A DNA stretch of 64,000 bases from the NCBI GenBank assembly GCA_905178155.1, contig CAJINV010000003.1:3210260-3274259 (forward strand). The letters run 5' to 3'. The position numbers and the translations under genes were made by a program. Position 1 is the stretch's first letter; the number at the start of each line of letters is the position of its first letter. Shown piece after piece: positions 1-13,900 of the stretch. This DNA comes from Amoebophrya sp. A120 (taxonomy: Eukaryota; Protista; Dinoflagellata). The notes below the pieces were generated by a model. That model saw only the letters and a list, made by a program, of their open reading frames with translations, searched no databases and was not told the DNA's origin.

Positions 1-1276
1 ACCGAACCTCAGCTGCCTACTAGAAACCTCGCCAGCGCTGCCGCTTACAGAAATGTAGCAGGTCCTTCTAGTGCAACTCTTCTGGTGTGTCGCTGCGGCA
101 GCGTCGTTCATCACGCCGCTGCGGCTTCGCAACTGGAATGGAAGCTGAAAGGAGCCTCTACGTGTCGAGTTGCGGGCGTTGGTATGATTGTGTTGGCAGT
201 AGAAGAGGTCGCTCCAAGAACATAGCAGATGTGTGAGGTCTATATTTCCAGAGGAGAGTGTCTAGCACGTGCTCGAAGCTAGTCTTTTTGCTGCCATATT
301 TCTTGTTTTTTTGCTGCTATGCACTTGCAGAAACTTCTTATCTCGTTATCTTTCAAACGTATCGCTTCGTTTTGCCTCAAAACCACCTTCTTTTTGTCTG
401 TATTTCCTCAAACTTTTCTTTCTATCGCTCTGTAATGTGGCACTGTGGGGCAACTGCAGCAGACCAACTCGCGCTGCATCGGGAACTATTTGTGTAAATG
501 CGAGCGCTGGGGTCGGGCTGTGACGGTTGTCTCTCAATGCATTGCAGTGCCTCAAAGGAGCAGGGGTGTATTTGCAAGAATTTGCAAGAACCCCCCTAGA
601 TCTATCAAGCGCTCCAATTACACAAATGTGTTTGATATCGTGATCTCCCAAAATAGGGAACGTGCGTTGCACTTTCGCGCTAGAAGCCGCAGCATATAAG
701 AAGCAGCGAAAGCCGCACTGCTATCAATAGCGACCATTTTCTAGAACAACAACAAGTACTCGTAACATAGCCACCGCAATGTTTTTATCGTGCTCGCGCG
801 CGACTGCTCATGTCAGTTCTTTTTTGCCATTCGGATTTTGACCTGACAGTGCACCGCCTGTGGTCAACAGACACTGCCAAGGTCTTCGTGCACCTTGCCC
901 CCTCTATTAGAAAATGAAAATCGGCGGACGGTTCCGGCCTGACCCGGACAAGAAACGACTTCGCTACGCTATGCCCCAAGTAGCATTTCTGCAGTCTGGC
1001 GCGTGTTCTGTCTCTCATGGAAAGTTGGTGACAATACAAGGAATTCTTTGCCCAGGATGCCGGAGAGAAGCAGGAGTGAGTCCATTTCCGCAAAGACAAA
1101 TCGGCGTGACTTTGGTATCTAGGGTGGATGGTAAGTCACGGACAAAGTAGGTTCTTGCGAGACGCAAATAGATAGGCACATGCACAGCCACTGTTACATC
1201 GAAAACAAGTCTCTACCAGTCTGATAAGGCTACGCGGCGATTATGCTACCATTGACATAGACACGCACTACCCAAG

Positions 1277-4200
1277 ATGGCAACCTCCGCTGACGGCCCG
1301 GCGCGGAACGAGCAGGGTTCCCATCCAGTGCGCCTTCCGCCGGTGCAGCTGGAGCTCTTCCTCGCAGAGGATGGAGAATCACGCGTAGTGTCACATGCGG
1401 AGCTCGTCGAGAACGGCCTGCTGTGGTCGAAACGTACCCAAGCGTCCCGCGTGGGCTACCACCCGACCCCTGACGAAGGCGCATACATTCACGTGGCGCG
1501 GCTCAAGGAATATTTGTTCCAAACGCTTGGAGGTGAGCGTGAGGACGCCAAGACCGCGGACGAGATTCCCCGAACGCTCGACGAGATTCGGAAGCGTGAT
1601 CCGCGGCGGATACAGATGACGCGAGTTGGCGTGCCCCTTGAAACTACCGGGCTCAACAAGACGCAGTTCTTGCCACCGATAGCTAAAAGTACCACTAGAG
1701 GAAGTCCACCTGGCTCCGGGTCAGCCTCGCCATCGGGGAGAACCACCTCGGTGTTGAGGCGCGGCTACGACGACAGGTTTGCCGCAAGTGCCGTCACAGC
1801 CGCGAGTTACCTTCAGGTGGAGTCCGTTAATTTTCCGGGAAAGAAATGGATTCCCAGTGCAAGGTTCCTGGATCTGCGGTTTCACCCTGCAACGCATTTC
1901 CGTGACCTGGGTAAAGAATTTCATCTCTCCATCCCTGTTGCGGACCGGGAGTTTTTGTTCATTCCACAGCTGCGACCCAAGACTATGAAGGTACAGAATT
2001 TATCTAGTCCTGAATTGTCAGAATCAAGTTTTTTGCACGAGACATCCTGATATGTGGGTGTGTGGATGTCGAATATAGAGCATGAATATGAATATGAAGT
2101 CTAGGAATCTGAAATATCCGCATTGTAGGGAGGTGGTGGACTTTTCGGACGTGCCCGCTGACACACTACCACCGGCGGAGCAACCGGGCCAGCATGGTGA
2201 TGCAACACTACCCAGTGGACAGGAGGTGCGGTTTCGGTTTTCGCTGAAGCGAAAAGGGCTCTCCCGCGACGCGGTGCGAAAGCTAGTAAGCCGCGATGAC
2301 TCATTTCCGGTGGTACTTCCGGAAGTTTACGACGTGTTCTCGGATGACGACGAGTCGGATATGGAAAGAGAAAGAAAAGCGGTCATCGAAGCAAACCCGG
2401 GTGCATTTTCGCCGAAGCGAAGCTCAGGCAGGGGTAGCGTACTGTCCCGCCGCCCCACGCGCCTCGGTTGGCGCGACGTTGAAACGCAGCGTCGAGTCGT
2501 GTGTTTCCGGGAGCCGTGGCGCGCAACGCTGGAGAAACTGCTGCATTCCATGCTTGGCTTCAGCTCTCGGAAAGAGGACGAGACGAAGCAGATGAAAAAG
2601 GACTTGGACAAGGCCTTTCAGGAGGCAAAAGAGCAGAAGCGCGGTTCTTCTAGTACTCCTGTGGACCACGAGTCAACCGGCGGGGCGGAAAGAACTTCTG
2701 GAGAGCTTTCTCCTGCGGACCGGCTTCTGTATGCCTACTACGGTGGGGAACCCGGGGCGACGAATGCGGAGTCTCTCGCGGCAGCCGGGCTGGTTCGCAA
2801 GAAGGACAACACCGAGGAAGATCCGAACGTGCCGAAGCGCACCATGACCCAAGCTGAAAAGCAAGCCCTAGCGAAGGCGAGGAAGCGATTTTCCATTCCG
2901 TCGCAGAAGCTGGGCCCGAACTTTGGCACATTCGAGGAATTGCGTTTCACGATGCAAGAGCTGTTCGACATGTTCGCGCAACCCGAGGTGTTCGAAAAAG
3001 ACGGAAAGGAATCGCTGGAAGCCTTGTTGCTGGGTGTTCCGAAGCCGGACGCCGCCGTGCATGAGGGCAAGGATGTGGAAACGGTTCTGTTTGATTTCAA
3101 CCCTCTCCGGCTGAAGCCGCTGCAAAAGCAGCTGTGTCTGCGCGCCCCGGGCGGCAATGAGTCCCTCCCCCTTGCGATGCGGAAGACGAAGAAGAAAGAG
3201 CAGTCCTCAGTAGATCCTCCTACTCTAGACCCGACGCTCGTCGCCGGGCTTGGCGAAGGCACGAGCCCGGATAGCTCGCCTGCCGCGAAGAAGACTGGCG
3301 AGAAAAAGCGGTACCGCTTCGAGTTTGGCTCTGGGTCAAAGGCGGAGATCAGTGACGATCGAACAGTGACACTCACCAGCGACTTAACGGCCACGCTGCA
3401 GAAACAGGGGCTGCTGCCGGACGACAAGGCCAAGGTGCTGGAGATGTACGAACGGTGTCTCGTCCCGTTCTTTCACCTCTTATGCGAAAACGGACCGGCG
3501 GACCTGCTGGAGGAACTGGTTCGGTTGTGGGACAAAAAGGAGCTGCACGTCCTGGAGCGGTACGTCCTTCCGGACGAGGGCGCACCGCGGCCTGCCTACG
3601 CGGCGCTTTCGTATGTGGAGCAGCAGGCGCGGGCGCAGTTACGCGGCGCGCAGTGGCGAGAAAATGCAGGAGACCAGCGCGAGGCCCTTGGAGAAGAAGA
3701 GAACACAGGAGCGCCGTCCTCTTCCGGTGGGCCTTTTCAGCAGCATCTCGATGACAACGACCCGAGAAAAGCTCCGCCGCCTTCCGGAAACATTAAAGCA
3801 GCGACGGCAGCAGGTTCTAAGAAAAAGTACTCGCCGAAAAAAGTTGTGGGATTTCGGTGCGTCGACGACAGTCCGGTCGTACCGGTCGGGGCGGGGAGCA
3901 AGAACATAAAAGGGCACAAAAAAGAGGGCACCAGCAGCTCGGGGGGTAGAAACGAGAGCAACGCCGATCCCACAATATTAAGCAACAAAAAGAGGCAAGT
4001 GACTACGCCATTCCTTTCGACGCCGCTGCACGCCGCAGCAAAAGGAAATCGCACTGACATTGCCGAAATGTTGCTGCAGTGCGAGAAGGACGCGTTGGAG
4101 CGAGACGCGTACTTCAGGCACTTCCTACCGGACATTCTGCAGGAGACCACCATGTTGCACGCCAAGGACGAAAAGGGTTGGACGCCGCTGCTTTGCGCCG

Positions 4201-7200
4201 CAGCCCGCGGCCAGATTTCCATGGTTCGCTGGCTTCTAGAGCAGAAGGCGGATGTGAACACGCGGGGGGCTGTTCGCGGCGAGACGCCCCTGTTTCTCGC
4301 AACTGCCAGTGGGAACACCGAGCTAGTGCAGGAGCTGTTGCGGCTAGACGAGCACCGCTACCGCTGGAACCACGCGGGCGAAAACGAAGTGACTGCTGTT
4401 GGGGGCGACGTTGCTGAGAGAACAACTGCGCTTGTTGAGAAAAACTCTGACCCCGCGAGCATCCTTGACCAGCACGTGCAACAGCAACTGGACGCGCTGC
4501 TGAAAACCTCCGGGTCAGCTGGTACAACCGGGGGTGATTTTCAGACGAAAGTTCCTTTGTTTCAGGAATATCTGAACTTCAACACCAAGCTGTACGACAA
4601 CATGGAGACGCCGTTGACGCGCGCTTGCTGGGAGGGTGATCTGGAGATCGCGAAGATTCTGCTGGACACCTTGAAGGACGAAACTCGGTATGGTATGAGC
4701 CAGCGCATTTTGCACATCAACAGCAAAGACGGGCTCGATCGCACGCCACTGCTGCACGCAATTCTCGGCAAGAAGCCGCTGGACATGGTGCGACTGCTTC
4801 TCGAGTACCGGTACTGGGCGAACTTCAACGTGCACAAGAAGAAGAAAAAACTGCACTACAAGGAGAAGCCCGTAGTGCATTTATCCCCGATGCAGCGCCG
4901 GAAAATGATGGAAAAGAAGGACGGGCACTTCTCGATGGACATTCCTCTCCTGCTGCCGGACAACAGCGCGCTCGCGTCCACGCGGCCGCGCGTGGGTCTG
5001 ATCAAGGAGAACAACGTGGAGTCCTGGTTTCTCCCCTCCTGGTACGCGGGACCGGTCGAAACAATCGGGCCCTCGCCGAAGAAGAAAACACGCAGCCTGT
5101 CGCCGGTGCGCAGTCGCAGTACGCTGCTCGACTTGATGGGCAGAAAGGACACCACCCAGCTGTTGCACGAGAAGCGACCGAAGTACGGGGAAGATTTCTA
5201 CCTCTACCCCGACCCGAATGACAACAAAAATTTCCGGACCGCGGCCGACGCGCACGCAGTCGTCGCGAACGCGAAGGATCTTCGCGTCGAGGGGCTCGAG
5301 TCCGACGACGACCTCGATCTGGTGCCCGACGCCGTCGTGAAGAGCCGCCTACCGGAGACGCAGGTCCTGGATCTGAACGCGACTTTGCTCCCGTCGAAGA
5401 AAACCGCATTGCACTTGTCGGTGGGGTTCGCCGAGAACATCGGGCTGGCGGAAAAGTTGGTGCGCCAGCTTCTCCTCGCGGATTTAACGCACCAGCGACT
5501 GGTCAGCACGCGCAAGGTTTCGCGGCGCGCTGGCCACGCGTTTTTGGATGTCAACGCGAGGGACGGAACGGGGGAGACTGTCCTGTACCAGGCCGTGGAC
5601 ATGAAGCAAATTTCCTTGGTCAGACTGCTGCTGTCCCACAACGCGATTGACGTGAATGCGCACGTGTTTGTTTCTTGTGACGACAGGCATGATCACACGG
5701 CAATACCTGCGGAAGATGGTGATGCGAAGGAGCGAAAGAAGGAGACAGAGGACGAAGGGATGAACTCGCCGAAACAAGCTTCTGAAGTCAATTCTCCCAC
5801 CAGTGTGCCGGCGTCTTCAACTTCATCACCACAGTCGGTAGCAAGCAAAACGCCCTCGCCACCCAAGTCCCCCAAAGGATTCAGCTCGCCAAAGGCAGGA
5901 GCGAAGGCGTCAGCGAGTTCTGGCAAGAGCAAAAAGAGTACCGGCGTTTCCGCGTCATGTAAAGCAAAGCCCAAGGCGGCTTCTCCCAAGGCCGCTGCTG
6001 CGGCAGAAGCTACAGCAAAAGTAGCGGTGGAAAAGAAAGTAGTAGCGAAGCCGAAGCGCAAAACCGCATCGGACGGGAAATCTCCGCTGCTCCGTGCGGT
6101 GGAGCTGCGGCATGTAGTCATGGTTCGCGCATTCTTAGACTGGGATCGAGCGCTGCGTGCGTCCGACTTTTTTCTCCCGGAAGATTTGGCGGAAATCGCA
6201 ACGGCAGCCGAGGCACAAGAGGCGCAAGACGTCATTCTGTCTGCAGCGATGAAGGCCGAAGCGCAGCGAAAGGCGGAGAAGTCCACACTGTACGCGCTCG
6301 GCGAAGGGGATTTCTTGCGCGAGGTCGCTGCGCGCTTGCAAAAGGAGGAAGATCGTGCCGAAAAAAACAAAGCCGCGTCCTCGTCTACCGCTTCCAGCAA
6401 GAAGGGCACGCCACGAGGCAGCAGTATTAAAGCCGAAAAATCTGCGGCTTCCAAAAAGGCCTCGGCGAAAAACACACCGCGAGGGAAGAACAAGGGAACA
6501 GCTACTGCAAACAAGACAGGTGAAGACAACAAAGCGAATAAACAACCGAAGTCTAAAGCCACCTCCGGAAACGCCTCGCCAAAAGAAACAGGCACGCCTC
6601 AGCATGGAGCAATTTTGCAGGAACCCACGGAGCCGCTCGACGCGACCAGTCCGATTCCTTTCCTCCTGAACGAACCGGCAGGAACAAATGCCGACGGGTC
6701 CTCTAAGACGAGTCCGCCGGTTACCTCGTCGCCGAAAAGCGGTAATAAGAAGGCGGGCAAGCAGCTGGTTTTGGACTACGCGGACAAGCCGCTGCCGAAG
6801 CTCCCTTTCTACGACGAGGAGCCCGTATTGCAGTGGAAGATCCGAGGCTGGGATGCGGAGATTGACCATATTTTCCGTTTGGCCGTGGTGGTGGATAAAA
6901 AGATCCAGATCCGGTCTAAGCGGTTAAAAGTGAACCAAAACATTGACTACGCGACCGTGAAGGTGCTGCGCATCGACGACCCCGACGGGCAGGGCTACAA
7001 GAAGGAAACCGCGGAGGGCAACTGGCGGCCGACGGCCAGCGGGGAGGGGGTGCGGGTCTTCGTTGAGATGGAGGGGATCCGGGACACGAAGAAGTTCCTC
7101 ATTTGCCGCTACCAGGTGAAAGAAGTGTACGACGCTGAGATGGTGAAGCGCCAGCGCATCAAGAAGTACCTGCTCGCGCGCGCGGACCAGCGGAAGGCGA

Positions 7201-7859
7201 AGGATGTTGGGAAAAAAATTGGGCAGAAAATACTGGCGGAAGTTCTGTTTGGGGATCAAAACTACAACAACAGCTTGTCCCTCCAAGCGGGCCGTTGTAA
7301 CCACAAGGACGACGACGTATTGGGAACAACCGGTCGTGCCGTTGGCGTGGACCCGGACGAGCCGGTGAGTCCGAAGAACGAGTACCTGAAGTCTTTGGGC
7401 GCGAAGTACAGCGATGACCCGGACGCGAAAACGCTTCTCGGTGTGGACGTGATGAGCGTGGACCCGTTTTCCTTGCACCAGCAAAACATGAGCTTCGCCT
7501 GGTCGACTAGCACTGGTGCGGTGGAAGCGCCGGCAGGTGGACGAGGGAACAATGGAATGTCCTCGGCGCGCACGAAGAAAAAAAGCGGGAATGTAAACAA
7601 AACCGAAGTGACGAAATCCAAGCCGCTGAATCCGAACATTCAGGATCGCGTCACCGGAAAGACTCCACTACACATTGCCGTCGAAACGCAACACATTGAC
7701 ATGATTCGGCTCTTGCTGACGCACCCTTTTTGCAATCCGCACGTGCCGGACCTCCTCGGGCGGACACCCTCGATTCTCGCGACAACCTTGCCCGTCGGGA
7801 TGGAAAAAGATCGAATTTTGAAACTGTTTGAGAATATGCAACGAGATGACCACGGATGA
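1277..7859 (+). CDS. Large ankyrin-repeat protein; model join(1277..1990,2133..7859)
   Basis: Ankyrin motifs TPLHAAA, GWTPLLCAAARG, GETPLFLATASG, ETPLTRACWEG, RTPLLHAI, GKTPLHIAV separated by S/K/A-rich low-complexity stretches. A GT(1991)..AG(2132) intron joins the two ORFs in frame. The 5' start and exact acceptor are uncertain. Confidence 0.8.
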
Positions 7860-8278
7860 GCCAGAGGTATGGGCGATCTGTTTCGGATACAGAAAGTGAA
7901 AAGGACGAACACAGATGAAAACGATCCTGCAATTCGGAGGCTCGAAAGAATGACTTCTTTCGAAGTCTGGATGGTGTGTTTTTGGTAACACCAGAATGTT
8001 CCTGTTCCTGTTCTCATGCAAAGTTTTTTGCATGCAAACTTCAAAATAAATTGATTTTACCAGTCGCAGTTTAGATGATGGGTTTCGGTTGTATGATGTG
8101 CCCATTAATTTGCAATCAGCAGATGTCTCTCGTGAAAGAGCCGCCAGATGCTGAAAACAAATGCCTTAGTTAAGTAGCCTAAACTTTATCTTTAACTTTT
8201 ACGTTTTCACTAAAGTGCAGGCTTCTTTGCACTTGTTGGTTGCTGTAGTTTTCTGCAATACCGTGCAGCCGCAAAATC

Positions 8279-10585
8279 ATGTTGTGGGTTGTGGAAGGTT
8301 TGCTCGAGTTGAAACGGACACCGGAGCGTCATGCGGACGCTTGGTCGGGTAGCATGACTTGCTTGATGTTGCTTCTGCCCTCCGCTGGAATTCACGCCTC
8401 TGTGGGTAGCGACCTTGGCAGCGAGAGTCCTTGGTACTACGTGCTGACGGTCTTCCTGGTTCTCTTGTTTTGCGTTGCTTTTTACTTTCTGCTTGCGACG
8501 TGGCTGACGGATCCGGGGACGCTGCCAAAGAGGTTGGAGACTCCGGATGAGATCTTTGAAATTTGCAACATTTGCCCGCCGGGTGTAGCACCAGAGCCAG
8601 ACGAGGAAGCGAAGAATGCAAGCTCAACATATCGCGACGCGAATCCGCCGAGGCTCGTCGATTTGGAGGAGGAATTTCTACGAAAAGGACAACAAAATGC
8701 CGCCGCCGCTTCGACAACGGAAGGGACTGAGGCTGGAGATTCCACCCTGCAGACGACCACGTTGTTCCCGATTGTTGAGTTGCACAAGGTAGTAGATGCA
8801 GGTAGAAGTGGCGGGGCTAGGGAATCAGGAGACACCAGCTCGCAACCTTTTGTCGTAGAGGACGAGCTGGAGCTCGACGAGAAAGGTGAGGTCAAGCGAC
8901 CATGGATGCAGCCGGACCCAGTCACTGGCAAAATGGTGTATTAAGCTGCATTTTTTTGTGGTCGAGCTTGCGTTTTTAGTACGATCTTTTTTGTGGCGTC
9001 TCCGACGTAGCTTATGTAGTTACCGTGCTTCGCCGAATTTTTTCCTCTTGATCGCAAAAACACTACACAGGAGCCGTCCTACTATGCGGAAGAGCCGATT
9101 GCGGTGTTCTTTCGGTGCGGCGATCCGGAGAAGCCGACCTGTGTCCTGAAGGAGAAGCTGCGAACCGAGGTGGAGCAGAAGCGCTGGGCCAAAATGAAAA
9201 ATGACCCGTGGCCGCCTCTAGCGGCGTTGGAAGAAAATCGGCGGCAATACCGGGTAAAAAAGGAGAAGCAGAGAGCGGAGAAAGAAGAAGTCGAACGGGG
9301 GCAGCAGCTGCAAGAGGGCAAACACAACTCTTCGATGCCTTCGAAATTAGATCATGCCGACGATAATTCTCTCTTCGACAGTGCCGGCCATTTCCACTGT
9401 CCCTTGTGCGCGGTCGCAGATTTCTATTGTACGAGCGCCAGGACTTTCGCCGCTCTTTTCACGAACCATTTGTGCAGGCGAGCGCTGCGAAAACTCGAAT
9501 TCTTCATTCGATGTCGCCGGAGAAAGATACAGCAGAGGGCCGCGCAGAAAGACATCACCGCCGCTGACAGCTACAACGTTGGCAGTGTTTTTTTCGAGGG
9601 GTTGCATACCGCCGCCGCTGCAGCAGCAAGTCGGGACTTCGCGGCAACTGTTGAGGACGGTGGTGCAAAAATTACCTCTACCAACCAGGTGAAAATCGTG
9701 CCGCAAACCTTTGACGCTCTTCCGACGCAGCAACCCGTGCTGTCCGCGTTAACACCCCAAGCGAATGTGCCGGGACAGCAGGAGGCGCCGTCGCAGGCGG
9801 ACCTGGCGCCGGAGTCGCAACAGGCGAGAACTACAACAAGCACGATCCCGAAAGTTCGGGTTCCGTACCTCTCGAGCCACGACTCGGCGACCAACCGGAC
9901 GTGGCGCCGGGCCCTGGAGTCCGAGCGAATGAAGAACATAGCGTTCCTGCCGCCGAAAAACCAGCTTTTTATGAGGGGGTTCGGGGGCGAGCGGCTGGCG
10001 CTGAAATGGTGCCCACCCTGCAGCATCTACCGCCCGCCCCGCAGCGTGCATTGCCGCCAGTGCAACCGGTGCGTAGAAAAGTTCGACCACCACTGTCCGT
10101 GGGTGGGGAATTGCGTGGGGCGGTTTAACATGAAGTTCTTCCTCGGCTTCACCGGTTTCACGGGGTTGCTCTGCTTCTGCACCTTCTTTTACTGCGTCCT
10201 GCACGCCTGGGTGGACTCGGCCGCACGGGACATCTACATCTGGCGGTGGCTGGCCATGGAGCGCGCGGGAACCACCGTTGTGCTGGTGTTCACGTTTTTT
10301 GCCGGGTGGGGACCCACGACCATGTGCCTGGTCGCCGGCTTGCAGACCTTGGCGAACCGTACCACGTACGAAATCATCAAGTGGCCCTGGGCGTCGATCG
10401 CGCCGGGCGGCTTGAACCGCCTAGAAAAGGGCTCACGGGGAACCACGTACTACCACATCTACCGTCGTGAAAGCCTCTGGGACAACTTGCGAGAAGTTTT
10501 TTACGAGGACCATGTCAGGCGGGCTCCCTTGGGGTCTATTTGGGATCCAAGGCGAACCTTGGCTACAGGAAAAAAAGATTGTTGA
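8279..10585 (+). CDS. DHHC-type palmitoyl acyltransferase; join(8279..8935,9071..10585)
   Basis: TM helix followed by TDPG, then Cxx[31 protein letters not shown], further TM helices and a TTYE motif. A 135-nt GT-AG intron (8936..9070) keeps the frame. Confidence 0.93.
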
Positions 10586-10962
10586 GTTTTTTGATTGATC
10601 AGCCGCGGTTGAATTGGGCCGCACACAGTTGTTTCGCAGCAAGGACGATGCCCTTGATTCTGTAGGAGAGAACCGCAGGCATCTGATGCTTCCCCCAGGA
10701 AAAACACGAGGGTCAGTTGTGATACTACCTCGCGAGCAAGAAGAACGGGATCGTGTTGATGTCGCTGATTATGTTCTCGTTCCTGAAATTTAAGAAAAAA
10801 TAGATCGCAAACCACGTCAACACGGAGATCTTGATGAATGTACTTTAGTCTTGCCACATCAGTTTCCGCTGGACAATTGCAGCCACCTACCCGTTTGTTT
10901 CAGCGCAATTATAGGTTCGAAAACAAATGCTAAACGTGATGCTGCTCACGTAGTCTGAGAAA

Positions 10963-13900
10963 ATGAAAGGGTTTCACGCGACTGTTTGTGGTTTTTTCAT
11001 GAGAAAATGTTTCGGTTGCCTGTTCCGTTCCGCACCATGTCGTCTTGCAGTTTTGGAGGTTTTGCTACTTGTCACCTTCCAGTGTAGTTTTGTTCCGCGT
11101 CACATCGGGCCCGTATCGGGAGCGATTTTATTGCCGACCACGGAACCTCCACGACCCGTCCCAGAGCCGATTGACATTCAAGGAGGCCATCAGGATGTCA
11201 AGGAGTGTCCGTTTTGCCTGGAGCCCATCGAGGATGGCGACGACATCATCGCAGACTGCCCTGCGTGCGAGACGCATGTCATGCACTACCGCTGCGCCAC
11301 CAGTGCGGCAGCCCGACGAGAGCAACAGGCTGCGTCTGGATCCTCCGTGGCACCGACTACAGCTTCGCGAGGCGTATTTTCGCGATCTCCCGGCGCGGGG
11401 TCTGCCCGGAGCAACGGCGCGTCGTCGTCGACGACGGCAGCGGCAACCGGGTTCTCGAACACGCCTCGGAGCGAGCTCGGAGAGGACGATCGCGTGGCCT
11501 TCAGTTGGTACCAGTCCTTATCGCGCCGCCGCCCGATTGCGGCGCACGTGATGGACGGGCTGATGGCGCTCATGTCGGGTGGTAGACGGAGCGCGACCAC
11601 CGTGACAGGAGATCAGACAGGAGGAACACCAGCAGAGCCGTCGGCATCATCTCAACTGTACACCCGGCTGCCACTGGATCAGGTGCAAAACCTCCCTCCG
11701 CCTCCTGCTTTTCGTCCAATGTCTCCTCCAGTACTACCGCCGATGCCGGTGTTCGCGGGTGAAGAATTTCTGGACGTCGTCGAACAAGAGGCGCACAACC
11801 AGCTGCACGCGGCCGGGTCCCGGCCTAGCGAGGAGGGCGATCATGGCGGACCGGAATCCTCGCTGCCGAGCCCGCGCCAACCATACCCGCTCCAACGGAG
11901 TCCCAGGTCTGCTGTTACACACGAAGCAACGCCGATCAACTTCGCGGCAACAGCGGACGAACAGCAAAGTACGACTTCCACGATGCTTCCAGTCAGTACA
12001 GGAGCCGACGGCGAGCAGACGCCCGATTTTATACCGCCAGACGGTGATCGTGAGGTAATTGTTGATATCGACGATCTAGAGCGAACGCGCGCACCGCCCG
12101 GCACACCTTGGCTCACCACGAGAGCAGCCTCGCCGACCGCCGCACCACCTGTGGAAGAGGACAACGCGGGGTTCCTTGCGTGGCAGCAGAGCAAAACGAG
12201 CGCTGGAGCCCCGGTTTCCTGTCCGATGTGTCGCTGTACCATGCATCTGTACCGCGGGCGCCGGCTGCACGTGCGGAGTGGTACTTCCATCGCCGGCTGG
12301 AAAGTAAAGCCCCGTCGTAGTCAACGACAGGTGGATCATGATGGTACAGAAGGTCGTGCAGGCGTTGCTGACCCGGGACGACCCAACACTTCTTCGTCTG
12401 CATCGCCGAACGGGAGTCCTGGGTCCGCTAGGACGTCGCCTGGCGCAGAACGTTCGAACCTCGTTGCCGCGGCAGCAAGTTCCGCCTTGGGTGAGGCATG
12501 GCCATACGATGTCGTTACCTCCAGTCGCGAGGGATCATCGTTGCGTTTGTTTGAAGGGAATAGCACGTCGCGGCCGTCGTCACAGAACCAGCAGCGACAG
12601 GCGCAGGTTGTGCAACAGGCTCGTATCGACCAGCTGCACCGCTTTCCGATTGAAGTTGGTGCTTCAACAAACTTGTCGGGATCTTCGACAGATGGTACAA
12701 CCCAGGTGACAGATCGCATGATCGCGGAAAATGCGACCTTCCAGCGTCGTTGGGGAGAGGAAACGGACAAGATCGCCACACCGCTTGCGCGAGTGGAGAT
12801 TCCTAGCGGCAGTTCGGGCGTGGTCGTTCGCATTGCGCGCCGGGGGAACTCCTCCGCCTTGGAGGAACAACGCCAGAACGAAATGCGCACCGGAAGCGGA
12901 GCCTCGCCGACGACCAGCAATGCAACGGCGAGAGTGCTGACCCTAGCGGACGCTCTCGCGGCGCCTATAATTCTCGCGTTTGGGAGGAACCCGTTTGGGA
13001 GCGCCGAAACGCGCGTCCCGGCGGAGGTTAACGCCACAGAGTATCAGCCCATGGTTGCCGCGCCCCTGGTTAGCGTGTTGTCCTCCGAGCGGCTTAGTGA
13101 GATGAATGCGTCACCGCGACTCGCTGACGTGCGTGCAGACCCTTTTCTCTACCACGAAGCAGCGGCATCGGTAGCGTCGCAGGAATCACCGCCTGGAGTG
13201 AATGGACCTCCTGGGGGGCGGGTAGCTCCAGCTGCACCCATGGAGGTGGATGATCACCTGGATCCGTTCTTTGTCAGAAGACATCAACGCGAAGATCAGC
13301 GGGACCGAGCGGCACGGGACCGCCCCGGGGCGAACCCTGCTGGTCGTCAACAACCCGGGATGAACTACAGATGGACGGATGCGGCCAATTACCTGTTCGC
13401 GTTCGACGCGTCTCCGAAGCCAGGCGCAAAACAAGCACCAGCGACGCAGCCGCCGGAGCAGGCAGAAGCGGTGCCGCCGCGAGGACCGCCAGAGAGCACA
13501 GTCCGGTCGCCGCGCGGCACCGCCGCGCCCCCTCCCCATGGGGTTATCGTGAAGTTCGCGCATCTCGATGAGTCCGTGTTCGTTCAGGCGGAGGAGCTCA
13601 ACGACTCCGTGGTCTTGGAACTGGAAAGCGCCGGCAATATGGACGCACGCGCGCACGATTTTAGCATGCTGATGCACTACCTGCGCACCAATCCGCGGCG
13701 CGTGTTTTTTTTGATGTACTTCCCGCCGCTGGTGCTGTTTGCATTCTTCTTTCTGATCGACATGGCCTGCACTTCTACAGTCCTGCTCGCCGGTCTGCGG
13801 CCCATGAAGATGCCCCTGCGCGACGTCGTATTTGCCACGGGCGTTGCGGTTCGCGACCCCCACGGCTACATGCAGGTACTGGACCAGCGAAAGCCGGAAG

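Noticed and set aside
1-260. Minus-strand frame open to the window edge
   Set aside because: Too short, with no motif; it cannot be judged without the adjacent window.
963-1235. Direct repeat gctacgc (963 and 1229) followed by TAT, as a possible fifth introner
   Set aside because: No inverted terminus is present, and deleting the interval does not link the 914 ORF to the 1277 ORF without a stop.
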